This document shows, one piece after another, positions 1-9,766 of a stretch of DNA of 64,000 nucleotides. Made by a program: the position numbers and the translations under genes. The stretch is taken from NCBI RefSeq assembly GCF_056712565.1, contig NZ_CM160072.1, one strand, 5' to 3'. The notes under the pieces are model-generated. The model saw only the letters and a program-made list of their open reading frames with translations. It was not told the origin of the DNA and did no database searches. Positions within the stretch are counted from its first letter, which is position 1; every line of letters begins with the position of its first letter.

Positions 1-261
1 GAAGATTTTTTGCCGTCCGATATGGTCGGAGATCCACCCCAAAACCAGGCTGCCAAGAAACAAACCAAGTAACGCCGAGCCGCCGATCATCCCCGCCATA
101 AACGGCGTCAGTTGCATGGCGGGCGTAAGCTGAATAATGGCGTAACCAATAACGCCGAGGACATAACCGTCGGTCAGGTGTGCGCCGAAAGTGAGCGCAG
201 CAATTCGACAGTGAAAACGGTTAAGCGGTAAATCATCCATTCGCACCGGTGAAGTGTTCAT
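1..261 (-). CDS. ygcS: MFS transporter, N-terminal part only (gene runs off the left edge of the window)
   Basis: Minus-strand reading from ATG at 261 gives MNTSPVRMDDLPLNRFHCRIAALTFGAHL...GWISDHIGRQKIF, with an MFS loop motif (G-x-x-x-D-x-x-G-R). Position upstream of ygcU matches K-12 order. Not in the ORF track because it is truncated. Confidence 0.6.
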   Translation of the reverse strand, partial: MNTSPVRMDDLPLNRFHCRIAALTFGAHLTDGYVLGVIGYAIIQLTPAMQLTPFMAGMIGGSALLGLFLGSLVLGWISDHIGRQKIF

Positions 262-354
262 CTTTACCCCTTCATTGTCCGGTAATAAGAACGGCTTCTC
301 GCCTGAGAAGCCGAAAAGGCAACGCCCCGTCATCGCGGAACGCTGCCTGACACA

Positions 355-1809
355 TTATTTTTCAATCGGATAGATAGTACCCGTGTTCATAATGCCATTA
401 GGATCGAACTGCTTTTTCAGCCCTTCCAGCAACGCCCACGCGCTGCCGTGTTCCAGTTTGCTCCAGTGAACGCGATGTTTACCGATACCGTGGTGGTGCA
501 CCATCGAACCGCCGAGACGAATGGTTTCTTCGCAGATGATTTTGTTGAGCGGATTGTGGTACTTGTCGATTTCCTCTTCCGGCTTACAGTCAACGACGTT
601 GTAGTCGTAGACGAAGTACATGTTGGTGCCGTTCTGATAGCTATGAGAGGAGTGACCGCCCAGCATGGTGATGTCGTCGGCGTGCGGGAACTCGGTACGA
701 ATACGGTTAATAACGCTTTCGTAGATTTCGTGAATGCAGCTCCAGCAGCCGGACACTTCGGTGGTAAAGCCCATGTTGCCGGTTTTGAGGATCTGCACAC
801 GTTCGGCAGCCACTTTATCCGGTCCCCAGTTCAGGTTGTTAAACCAGGTTTCGATCAGCTTGCTGTCCACGCGCTGGCACTGCGGGTAGCGCGCCACGAT
901 TTCAGCAATCCCTTCACCCGTCGCCTTCGCAATGCGAGGGTTACCTTCAGCCATAAAGATCAGCACGCATTTGCCGTCGGCAAAATGGGTGAAGTGTTGG
1001 GTGCCATCTTCAGCATCATACAAACGAGCAATCGACGGACGATACCCTTCCACCATGATTTCACGCAGGATGTTGAAGCCGGTTTTCATGTCTTCCAGCA
1101 CATAGCCATAGAAGAGATTGTTTTCCGGCGTAAATTTGAAGATTTTCACTGTGACTTCAGTGATATAGCACAGTGCACCTTCGTTGCCGATGATGATATG
1201 ACGAATGTCCGGGCCAGCCGCGCGACGTGGCACGTTTTTAATGCGTGTGACGGTGCCATCTGCCAGCACCGCTTCCAGACCAACGACCATATCCTCGATT
1301 GCGCCGTAGAGTGTGGAAAACTGCCCGATACTGCGGGTCGCCACCAGGCCGCCCATCTGCGCCAGCGGCTTTGACTGCGGAGAATGCCCCGTGGTGTAAC
1401 CTTTTTCACGCAACGCGTTTTCCAGCACCTCCAGCGGAACGCCACATTGCGCCGTGGCCTGCATATTCTCAATATCAATATTAATGATTTGATTCATGGC
1501 GGAGCCGTCGAGCACCACCGAGTTTTCCACAACGGTTTCCAGCCCACCTTCGGTAGCGGAAGCACCGGTACGCGGCACACCATTAATTTTGTGCGCATTC
1601 ATAAAATTCAGCACACGGGATACTTGTTCTGTGGAACCGAGTTTTACGACCGCTGCCGGAATCGGCAAAGTATAAATGCCATGAATATCCGGAAATTTAC
1701 GAAAACGGTCAATACTGTTTTTCTTTAATACTGTTTCATCGGTAATTACGCGATCTGCACCAACAATTTCCTTTAGCTGGTCGACAATCGCTGCGCGAGA
1801 TAAAGACAT
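355..1809 (-). CDS. ygcU: FAD-binding oxidoreductase (FAD-linked oxidase family)
   Basis: 484 aa ORF; length and synteny with the K-12 ygc cluster as recalled. Confidence 0.85.
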   Translation of the reverse strand: MSLSRAAIVDQLKEIVGADRVITDETVLKKNSIDRFRKFPDIHGIYTLPIPAAVVKLGSTEQVSRVLNFMNAHKINGVPRTGASATEGGLETVVENSVVLDGSAMNQIINIDIENMQATAQCGVPLEVLENALREKGYTTGHSPQSKPLAQMGGLVATRSIGQFSTLYGAIEDMVVGLEAVLADGTVTRIKNVPRRAAGPDIRHIIIGNEGALCYITEVTVKIFKFTPENNLFYGYVLEDMKTGFNILREIMVEGYRPSIARLYDAEDGTQHFTHFADGKCVLIFMAEGNPRIAKATGEGIAEIVARYPQCQRVDSKLIETWFNNLNWGPDKVAAERVQILKTGNMGFTTEVSGCWSCIHEIYESVINRIRTEFPHADDITMLGGHSSHSYQNGTNMYFVYDYNVVDCKPEEEIDKYHNPLNKIICEETIRLGGSMVHHHGIGKHRVHWSKLEHGSAWALLEGLKKQFDPNGIMNTGTIYPIEK

Positions 1810-1878
1810 AGTAATTCCTTCCTGATAATAAAAATGGAATAATCATTAATAAGAGAAAACAGAAACCACCGTTATGGA

Positions 1879-2664
1879 TTAGCGCACTAAATAACCGCCA
1901 TCAACCACTAATAAATGTCCGTTGACATAATTCGATGCCGGACTTGCGAGGAATACGGCTGCGCCCATTAAATCCTGAGTATCGCCCCAACGGTTTGCCG
2001 GAATATAATCAAGAACGCGCTGGTTAGTTTCTGGATTACTACGGGTCGCCAGAGTGATATCGGTAGCGTAATATCCCGGGGAAATACCATTCACCTGAAT
2101 ATTATATTGACCTAATTCATCGCAATAGGCTTTGGTGAATCCGGCAAGAGCATGTTTAGTGGCAGAATAAGCCGGTGACCATTGACCACCTGAGTAAGAG
2201 AACAATGAACAGATATTAATGATTTTACCGCTTTTCTGCGGGATCATAATTTTTGCAGCTTCATAGCTTAACTCGAATGCGGCGGTAAGGTTCACGTCAA
2301 TCATCGGATCCCAGTCGGCACGCCCGAAGTCCAGCACCTTATTCAGCTTACATATACCGGCATTGTTAACCAGAATATCGACGGTACCGAAACGCTCACA
2401 GCAGGCAGCGATAATCTTCTGCGGTGCGCCTTCTGCGGTGATATCCACCTGCATGAAGTCCACTTCAACACCCTGTTTTTCAATCATTTCCTTTGTTTCG
2501 CCGTTATCTTTGACGAAACTTGGAATAAAGACATTTGCGCCAGCCTTGGCCAGCGCCATGGCAAATGCCTGGCCTAATCCGCTATTCCCGCCGGTAACAA
2601 TTGCTGTTTTACCTTTCAGGGAGAAAAAATCCATTGAGAACGCATTGAGAGATTCGATTGACAT
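1879..2664 (-). CDS. ygcW: short-chain dehydrogenase/reductase (KduD-like)
   Basis: TGxxxGxG Rossmann motif (TAIVTGGNSGLGQ) near the N-terminus. Start placed at ATG 2664 (MSIESLNAF...) with GGAG Shine-Dalgarno; the longer ORF to 2739 reads through an upstream hairpin and U-run and is rejected. Confidence 0.8.
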   Translation of the reverse strand: MSIESLNAFSMDFFSLKGKTAIVTGGNSGLGQAFAMALAKAGANVFIPSFVKDNGETKEMIEKQGVEVDFMQVDITAEGAPQKIIAACCERFGTVDILVNNAGICKLNKVLDFGRADWDPMIDVNLTAAFELSYEAAKIMIPQKSGKIINICSLFSYSGGQWSPAYSATKHALAGFTKAYCDELGQYNIQVNGISPGYYATDITLATRSNPETNQRVLDYIPANRWGDTQDLMGAAVFLASPASNYVNGHLLVVDGGYLVR

Positions 2665-2687
2665 AGTTAGCTCCAATTTCCGTAAGG

Positions 2688-2765
2688 CAAAAAAAAAGAA
2701 AGGTAACTTCCCCCGCGAGAGGGAAGTTACCTTTCTCATTATCTCTGGTAACTGGAGATAATTTT
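2688..2765. promoter_or_regulatory. two adjacent palindromes in the ygcW / yqcE divergent intergenic region (candidate operator or attenuator)
   Basis: Perfect 15-bp inverted repeat gaaaggtaacttccc / gggaagttacctttc (2698-2735) flanked by an A-run (2688-2697). Second 8-bp-arm palindrome attatctc...gagataat at 2740-2764. Confidence 0.4.
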
Positions 2766-2982
2766 TAGCATAAGGGCATAACTGCTAATGTGATCGTAAT
2801 CACAGAGTGATGTTCGTATTATCAAATAGTTTTAAAAAGCAGAAGCGTGATTACTCTCACACAACACCTTTTCTTTCCATGTTATTTCTTATTGCAATTA
2901 CTAGAGACCTGAGAAAAGTAATCCACCTGAAAGGGCGGCTTACTTTTCTCTTTTTTTTGTCTATTACAAATGGGAATACGAT

Positions 2983-4260
2983 ATGCAACACAACTCATAT
3001 CGCCGTTGGATAACCCTCGCGATAATTAGTTTTAGCGGCGGCGTTAGTTTCGACCTGGCTTATTTACGTTATATTTATCAAATTCCCATGGCAAAATTTA
3101 TGGGATTCAGCAATACCGAGATAGGTTTAATAATGAGTACCTTTGGTATTGCGGCCATTATTTTCTATGCCCCTAGCGGCGTTATTGCCGATAAATTTTC
3201 ACACCGCAAAATGATTACTTCCGCGATGATCATTACCGGATTACTGGGCCTGATAATGGCAACATATCCACCACTGTGGGTAATGCTCTGTATTCAGGTC
3301 GCCTTTGCGATAACGACGATTTTAATGCTGTGGTCGGTGTCGATTAAAGCCGCATCGTTGCTGGGCGATCATAGCGAGCAAGGGAAAATTATGGGCTGGA
3401 TGGAAGGGCTGCGCGGCGTCGGTGTAATGTCGCTGGCGGTGTTTACCATGTGGGTCTTTTCTCGCTTTGCACCGGATGACAGCGCCAGCCTGAAAACGGT
3501 CATTATTATCTATAGTGTGGTTTACATTCTGCTGGGCATTTTGTGTTGGTTTTTTGTTAGCGATAACAACAATCTGCGCAGTGCCAATAACGAAGAAAAA
3601 CAGTCATTCCAGCTTAGCGACATCCTGGCCGTTTTGCGCATCAGCACCACCTGGTATTGCAGCATGGTGATTTTTGGTGTCTTCACCATCTACGCCATTC
3701 TGAGTTACTCCACCAACTATCTGACCGAAATGTACGGCATGTCACTGGTGGCAGCGAGCTACATGGGGATTGTGATCAACAAAATCTTCCGCGCGTTATG
3801 CGGCCCACTTGGCGGCATTATCACCACCTACAGCAAAGTGAAATCCCCTACCCGCGTGGTCCAAATCCTTTCCATCATCGGTTTGCTGGCATTGACAGCC
3901 CTGCTCGTTACGAACTCTAACCCGCAATCGGTCGCGATGGGGATTGGCTTGATTTTATTACTGGGATTCACCTGTTACGCCTCACGCGGGCTGTATTGGG
4001 CCTGCCCTGGCGAAGCGAGAACACCGTCTTACATTATGGGCACCACGGTAGGTATTTGTTCGGTGATTGGATTCCTGCCGGATGTCTTCGTTTACCCGAT
4101 TATCGGCTACTGGCAAGACACCCTGCCCGCTGCAGAAGCCTACCGCAACATGTGGCTAATGGGCATGGCGGCGCTTGGCATGGTGATCATCTTTACCTTT
4201 TTGCTGTTCCAAAAAATTCGTACTGCTGATAGCGCCCCCGCAATGGCTAGCAGCAAGTAA
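2983..4260 (+). CDS. yqcE: MFS family transporter
   Basis: 425 aa, multiple hydrophobic helices; synteny with K-12. Confidence 0.85.
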   Translation: MQHNSYRRWITLAIISFSGGVSFDLAYLRYIYQIPMAKFMGFSNTEIGLIMSTFGIAAIIFYAPSGVIADKFSHRKMITSAMIITGLLGLIMATYPPLWVMLCIQVAFAITTILMLWSVSIKAASLLGDHSEQGKIMGWMEGLRGVGVMSLAVFTMWVFSRFAPDDSASLKTVIIIYSVVYILLGILCWFFVSDNNNLRSANNEEKQSFQLSDILAVLRISTTWYCSMVIFGVFTIYAILSYSTNYLTEMYGMSLVAASYMGIVINKIFRALCGPLGGIITTYSKVKSPTRVVQILSIIGLLALTALLVTNSNPQSVAMGIGLILLLGFTCYASRGLYWACPGEARTPSYIMGTTVGICSVIGFLPDVFVYPIIGYWQDTLPAAEAYRNMWLMGMAALGMVIIFTFLLFQKIRTADSAPAMASSK

Positions 4261-4286
4261 GCCAGGAAAATTACAGGAGAAAAATC

Positions 4287-5765
4287 ATGTCGAAAAAATA
4301 CATCATAGGGATTGATGGCGGAAGTCAGAGCACAAAAGTGGTGATGTACGATCTGGAAGGTAATGTGGTTTGCGAAGGCAAAGGCTTATTGCAGCCGATG
4401 CACACGCCAGATGCCGATACCGCAGAACATCCTGACGACGATTTATGGGCATCATTATGCTTTGCCGGCCACGATTTGATGAGCCAGTTTGCCGGGAATA
4501 AAGAAGATATTGTCGGCATTGGCCTGGGATCCATCCGTTGCTGCCGTGCGTTATTGAAAGCCGATGGCACGCCTGCTGCGCCGTTGATTAGCTGGCAGGA
4601 TGCACGCGTAACGCGTCCCTACGAACACACTAATCCTGACGTGGCATATGTCACCTCTTTTTCGGGTTATCTGACGCACCGTTTAACGGGCGAATTTAAA
4701 GATAATATCGCCAACTATTTTGGTCAGTGGCCGGTGGATTATAAGACCTGGGCATGGAGCGAAGATGCCGCGGTAATGGAAAAGTTTAATATCCCCCGCC
4801 AGATGCTTTTTGACGTGCAAATGCCGGGCACCATTCTTGGGCATATCACACCACAAGCTGCGCTGGCGACACATTTCCCGGCTGGGCTGCCGGTTGTTTG
4901 TACCACCAGTGATAAACCGGTAGAAGCTCTGGGAGCCGGGTTACTGGATGATGAAACGGCGGTAATTTCTCTTGGCACCTATATCGCGTTAATGATGAAC
5001 GGCAAAGCACTGCCGAAAGATCCGGTCGCGTACTGGCCGATTATGTCTTCTATTCCGCAAACATTGCTGTATGAAGGTTACGGTATTCGCAAAGGCATGT
5101 GGACGGTGAGCTGGCTGCGCGACATGTTAGGCGAGTCGTTAATTCAGGATGCCAAAGCACAGGATCTTTCACCGGAAGATTTGCTCAACAAAAAAGCGTC
5201 TTGCGTGCCACCTGGTTGTAATGGGCTGATGACGGTGCTGGACTGGCTGACCAATCCGTGGGAACCGTACAAACGCGGAATTATGATCGGCTTTGATTCC
5301 AGTATGGATTACGCATGGATATATCGTTCGATACTGGAAAGCGTGGCGCTGACGCTGAAGAATAATTACGACAATATGTGTCATGAAATGAATCACTTTG
5401 CAAAGCATGTGATCATTACTGGCGGCGGTTCGAACAGCGATCTGTTTATGCAGATTTTTGCCGACGTGTTCAACCTTCCGGCACGCCGTAACGCCATTAA
5501 CGGTTGTGCAAGTCTGGGGGCAGCGATTAATACGGCGGTAGGTCTGGGGCTATACCCGGATTACGCAACGGCTGTCGACAAAATGGTTCGCGTGAAAGAT
5601 ATCTTTATGCCTGTTGAGAACAATGCCAAACGCTACGACGCGATGAATAAAGGCATTTTCAAGGAGTTAACCAAACATACTGATGTAATCCTGAAAAAAT
5701 CGTATGAAGTGATGCATGGGGAATTGGGGAATGCGGATTCGATCCAGAGCTGGTCGAATGCGTAA
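4287..5765 (+). CDS. ygcE: FGGY-family carbohydrate kinase
   Basis: 492 aa; strong Shine-Dalgarno (aggag) upstream; synteny. Confidence 0.85.
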   Translation: MSKKYIIGIDGGSQSTKVVMYDLEGNVVCEGKGLLQPMHTPDADTAEHPDDDLWASLCFAGHDLMSQFAGNKEDIVGIGLGSIRCCRALLKADGTPAAPLISWQDARVTRPYEHTNPDVAYVTSFSGYLTHRLTGEFKDNIANYFGQWPVDYKTWAWSEDAAVMEKFNIPRQMLFDVQMPGTILGHITPQAALATHFPAGLPVVCTTSDKPVEALGAGLLDDETAVISLGTYIALMMNGKALPKDPVAYWPIMSSIPQTLLYEGYGIRKGMWTVSWLRDMLGESLIQDAKAQDLSPEDLLNKKASCVPPGCNGLMTVLDWLTNPWEPYKRGIMIGFDSSMDYAWIYRSILESVALTLKNNYDNMCHEMNHFAKHVIITGGGSNSDLFMQIFADVFNLPARRNAINGCASLGAAINTAVGLGLYPDYATAVDKMVRVKDIFMPVENNAKRYDAMNKGIFKELTKHTDVILKKSYEVMHGELGNADSIQSWSNA

Positions 5766-5810
5766 GTGAGGAAGGCCGGGCGGGAAACTGCCCGGCATGA
5801 ACATACCTGA

Positions 5811-5900
5811 ATGGTTATCCCCGCTGACGCGGGGAACTCATATCCGGTTTTTGCTGGTGGGCCGCGCCGTTCGGTTTATCCCCGCTGGTGCGGGGAACTC
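5811..5900 (-). CRISPR. vestigial type I-E CRISPR array: two repeats and one 32-nt spacer
   Basis: Repeat 5872-5900 cggtttatccccgctggtgcggggaactc has one mismatch to the E. coli I-E repeat (reverse complement of GAGTTCCCCGCGCCAGCGGGGATAAACCG). Degenerate repeat at 5811-5839. Spacer 5840-5871 is 32 nt. Confidence 0.8.
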
Positions 5901-6238
5901 TCTAAACATAACCTATTATTAATTAATTATTTTTTAAGCCAGTCACAATCTACCAACTTTACAGTATCACACAAACAACACATCCATTATGTTAAAGAGC
6001 ACTTAATCCATTGATTAAAAAGATAAATATTTAAAATAACTCTATTCAAACTAAAATCTACCAAACTTTACCGCAATAATTTTCACTCCAGCGAAAAATT
6101 AACGCCACAGAATTTGTAGAGAATGATAATGATTAGTCCAGAATGGGCAAAATGGAGGTTTTTCAGAGGCGACAAAGAATATAAATGAGTAGAAGTCTTT
6201 ACAGATTCCACCCATTTATAACGCTTATAAATGTTTAA
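5901..6238 (-). promoter_or_regulatory. AT-rich CRISPR leader adjacent to the leader-proximal repeat
   Basis: About 340 bp of AT-rich non-coding sequence directly abutting the intact repeat, with the degenerate repeat at the distal end. Confidence 0.55.
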
Positions 6239-6910
6239 TCAGGCAATATTCAAATATTTATGTGTCTGCATCGACAAACGCCAGTTGCGCGCAATGCAGG
6301 TATCGATACATAAACGCGTAGCATCTTCCTTCTGGCTAATTGGCTGAAGTGCAATGACTCGCGGTTTATCATCGGTCAGCGTCGCCAGCAATTCGTCCAG
6401 TGCTTCAATATCACGTACGCGTCCCACTGGATGCTTGATTTCGTTGGCTCGCTCCAGGGCTTGCGACAATACTTCATAGCCGCCGCGCATGTTCAGCTTT
6501 GGCGATACGGTAACCCAGGTATTCGGTGTGCAGCGTACCTCATGAGTACCACTGGTTTCGATCTGGCAGCTAAAACCGTTCTTTTCGAGCAGGTCAGTCA
6601 GTGGCAGCAAATCATGAATGCAAGGCTCACCACCCGTAATCACCACGTGACGCGCGGTGTATCCCTGACGGCCAATGACAGCCAGCAAATCTTCACTGCT
6701 CGCCGCCCCCCACTTATCACTCTCTTTGGTCTTCGCCAGAATGCTGAAAAGGGAGACTTCCCGATCCTCAAGCTTTTCCCAGGTGTGTTTGGTGTCGCAC
6801 CAGGCACAGCCAACCGGACATCCCTGTAAACGAATAAAAATGGCGGGGACGCCGGTAAAGTAACCCTCACCTTGCAGGGTCTGGAACATCTCGTTAATCG
6901 GGTACTGCAT
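6239..6910 (-). CDS. queE: 7-carboxy-7-deazaguanine synthase (radical SAM)
   Basis: 223 aa with CPVGCAWCDT cysteine motif; synteny. Confidence 0.9.
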   Translation of the reverse strand: MQYPINEMFQTLQGEGYFTGVPAIFIRLQGCPVGCAWCDTKHTWEKLEDREVSLFSILAKTKESDKWGAASSEDLLAVIGRQGYTARHVVITGGEPCIHDLLPLTDLLEKNGFSCQIETSGTHEVRCTPNTWVTVSPKLNMRGGYEVLSQALERANEIKHPVGRVRDIEALDELLATLTDDKPRVIALQPISQKEDATRLCIDTCIARNWRLSMQTHKYLNIA

Positions 6911-7082
6911 AGCATTCTCTGTGAAGTGGATAATTGTTAATTATTGCAGATCCTGCCACAACAATCATGTCTTATTAACATTCTGTTACAGGCAGGTTTG
7001 ATGCAAAAATTGGCTCAGATCATTAAGAATAAAATGAAGCGGCGTATTATGTTTTCAAGGATTAAATGAAAGGGATTTAAAC

Positions 7083-7691
7083 ATGTTTAGAATATTCATC
7101 GCGTTTATATTTATTTTCAATTTATCAGGTTGCGGTTATAACGATATTCAAACCTATGATGAACAGGTTAATGCCTCCTGGTCAGAAGTATTAAATCAAT
7201 ATCAACGTCGCACCGATCTTATTCCTAATCTTGTCGCTAGTATTAAAGGTTACTCCAGCCATGAACAAGAGGTACTAGAAGCCGTAACATTGGCACGTAG
7301 TCAGGCTAATCGCGCCAGTAGCGATCTTCAGAAAACTCCGGGAGATGAACAAAAATTACAAGCCTGGCAACAGGCGCAGGCGCAGGCGCAGGTGACTCGC
7401 ACTCTCGGGCAGTTAACGATTATTAGTGAGCGTTACCCTCAGTTAAAGGCTCAAGAGCTCTATCAAAACTTAATGGTACAGCTCGAAGGAAGTGAAAATA
7501 GAATTGCCGTTGCGCGAGGAAGATATATTAAAGCCATTGAACAATATAATGTCACTATCCGCAAATTCCCCGCTGTATTAACCGCAAAGGTCATGGATTA
7601 CACACCAAAGAAAAATTATTTGCCGGATGATGTCACCGCAGTAAGTAAAGCCCCAACAATAGATTTTAGCCAGAATGCTAATGCTCATTAA
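7083..7691 (+). CDS. LemA-family lipoprotein
   Basis: 202 aa; N-terminal lipobox (FNLSGCGY). Sequence resembles LemA-family proteins, which commonly sit upstream of TPM-domain genes. Confidence 0.75.
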   Translation: MFRIFIAFIFIFNLSGCGYNDIQTYDEQVNASWSEVLNQYQRRTDLIPNLVASIKGYSSHEQEVLEAVTLARSQANRASSDLQKTPGDEQKLQAWQQAQAQAQVTRTLGQLTIISERYPQLKAQELYQNLMVQLEGSENRIAVARGRYIKAIEQYNVTIRKFPAVLTAKVMDYTPKKNYLPDDVTAVSKAPTIDFSQNANAH

Positions 7692-7704
7692 GCGGGGACG
7701 TTCT

Positions 7705-8598
7705 ATGCGAAATTTTATCTTCCTTATGGCTTTCTTCTGTTCATCTGTGTTTGCTACACAAATTCCAGTACCTGAATCACCCAGGTATGTGAATGACTTA
7801 ACCGGCACATTAACAAACAGCGAAGTAAACACCCTGACCAACCAGATTAAAGCCCTGACGCAAAAAAACCACGCACAGTTGGTCGTGTTAGTGGTTGATA
7901 CAACAGGCGATGAAACCATTGAGCAGTACGCAACGCGGGTATTCGATAGCTGGAAACCGGGTGATAAAGACCGTGATGATGGCGTTCTACTGTTAGTCGC
8001 CTGGCAGGATCATACCGTGCGTATTGAAATCGGTTACGGGCTGGAAGGTATTATTACGGATGCACAGTCCGGGAAAATTATTCGCAACAGTATTATTCCG
8101 GCATTTAAAAAAGGCGACCTGGCTGGTGGTTTACAAAAGGGGATCAACGATATTGAAAGTCGCCTGACGGGGAATAATTCAGCAACGATAACACCGACCG
8201 ATCACCCTTTGTCCTTTAGCGGTTGGTGGGCTTTATTAGTCTGGGCGATAATACTGACGTTTATTTCTGCCAGAGGATATATCAAAACGTTGGGAGTAAT
8301 TTGCTTCGCAGCCATTGTACTGGCCTTTGTTTTACCTATAGCAGGTTTCAGCGGAAGCTGGGGAGTACTCACAACATTACTCTGCTTCGCCACACCGTTT
8401 CTGGCAGTTGCCATCGCTTTTACCCCCTTCGGCAAAAAGGTTCGGGATTCGATGCGTGATGCCAACCAGCCATCACGCCATACAAGAAGCAATTCTTCCT
8501 CCCACTATTCATCATCGTCATCCTCTTCATTCGACAATGACAATTTTAGCGGTGGTGGCGGTTCATCTGGTGGCGGTGGCGCTTCCGGGCGCTGGTAA
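7705..8598 (+). CDS. TPM-domain (YgcG-family) membrane protein, paralog 1
   Basis: Signal peptide, TPM-like core (AQLVVLVVDTTGDETIEQYATRVFDSWKPGDKDRDDGVLLLVAWQDHTVRIEIGYGLEG), C-terminal TM segments and Gly/Ser tail ending GGGGSSGGGGASGRW. Alternative start at 7675 overlaps lemA. Confidence 0.8.
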   Translation: MRNFIFLMAFFCSSVFATQIPVPESPRYVNDLTGTLTNSEVNTLTNQIKALTQKNHAQLVVLVVDTTGDETIEQYATRVFDSWKPGDKDRDDGVLLLVAWQDHTVRIEIGYGLEGIITDAQSGKIIRNSIIPAFKKGDLAGGLQKGINDIESRLTGNNSATITPTDHPLSFSGWWALLVWAIILTFISARGYIKTLGVICFAAIVLAFVLPIAGFSGSWGVLTTLLCFATPFLAVAIAFTPFGKKVRDSMRDANQPSRHTRSNSSSHYSSSSSSSFDNDNFSGGGGSSGGGGASGRW

Positions 8599-8612
8599 CA
8601 AAAGGAATTGAT

Positions 8613-9761
8613 ATGCGTATTTTTCTCTTACTTCTGATGCTATGCGGTTTTCAGGTATTCGCTGAACGATTGCCTTCAGTGACTGACTTAACCGGGACAT
8701 TAACGACAGAAGAACAAAGTGCTTTAAATCAACAATTACAGACTCTCGAGCAGCAAAACCACTTCCAGGTGGCCGTGTTGGTTACGCCGACAACAGGGGG
8801 CAAAAACATTAAACTTGCAGCCTCGCAGAGATACGGGGTATATCACTGGAAACCCGTTGGAGAGAAGCGATATGGCGAAGGTATTTTAATTCTCGTCGTT
8901 TGGCCGGAAGGGCTGGCGTCAATGAAGATTGGACATGGACTGGAACAGATGTTGCCGCCGGAACAAGCTGCGCAAATTGTTCGTTACCATATGCAGCCAG
9001 AATTCGAAAAAAACAATCTCTTTGCTGGATTAACGGGCGGAATTGAAAGCATCGCACAGTTTACCCATATCAAAGCGAACCTTAGCCCTTTGGATGCTTT
9101 AGCCAATCATCTGTTTGCTAATCCGCAACTTTCGCTGCCATGCCTTGCCTGGACAGTGCTGATGATCGTTGCCATCATTGTCCTCTGGCGATTTACCAGC
9201 CGTCCAGGACCTGGCATATGGATGATATCAATGATTACACCTACGGTCTGGTTTTTCTGCTTTCAGGACGATGTCATCATTCGGCGGGTGTCGGTCGTTT
9301 GTTTTAGTTTATTTTTCGCAGCAATCTGCTGGCAGCGTCTCGCAGTAGTTTTTAATATGTGCCGCGTATTTCCTATGATGCTGGCCCCAAAAAATAAAAA
9401 CGCGAAAGTGAAAAAACAAAAGAAGACTCCGCAAGTTCGTGAATCAGGACGAAATTCATTGTTTGTCGTGATGCTGATAATTATTGTGGGATGGTGCCTG
9501 GTGTTCGCCAGTAATAAAGATATTGCATTCATCTCAACAATTATTGGGTTAATTGATCATTTTATCGGCCCAATAACCATTGCTGGCATCGTTCTGCTGA
9601 TCATTGTGGCCAAATTTACTGGCAATCTTAAGCTGGGGTCAGGAGAAAAAAGCAACAGGAAAACGGGGAATCGTAATGCTCATTCTCGCTCTTCGTCGAG
9701 AAATTCTTTCCGCGGTGGTGGCGGTTCTTCAGGAGGCGGCGGTTCATCCGGCCGTTGGTGA
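8613..9761 (+). CDS. TPM-domain (YgcG-family) membrane protein, divergent paralog 2
   Basis: 382 aa; diverged TPM-like core, extended membrane region, same C-terminal tail (...GGGGSSGGGGSSGRW). Confidence 0.75.
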   Translation: MRIFLLLLMLCGFQVFAERLPSVTDLTGTLTTEEQSALNQQLQTLEQQNHFQVAVLVTPTTGGKNIKLAASQRYGVYHWKPVGEKRYGEGILILVVWPEGLASMKIGHGLEQMLPPEQAAQIVRYHMQPEFEKNNLFAGLTGGIESIAQFTHIKANLSPLDALANHLFANPQLSLPCLAWTVLMIVAIIVLWRFTSRPGPGIWMISMITPTVWFFCFQDDVIIRRVSVVCFSLFFAAICWQRLAVVFNMCRVFPMMLAPKNKNAKVKKQKKTPQVRESGRNSLFVVMLIIIVGWCLVFASNKDIAFISTIIGLIDHFIGPITIAGIVLLIIVAKFTGNLKLGSGEKSNRKTGNRNAHSRSSSRNSFRGGGGSSGGGGSSGRW

Positions 9762-9766
9762 TCGTA

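Noticed and set aside
448-1374. 308-aa plus-strand ORF inside ygcU
   Set aside because: Antisense shadow ORF of the FAD-oxidoreductase gene; no start context or domain.
5811-6014. 67-aa plus-strand ORF after ygcE
   Set aside because: Spans the CRISPR repeats and the AT-rich leader; spurious.
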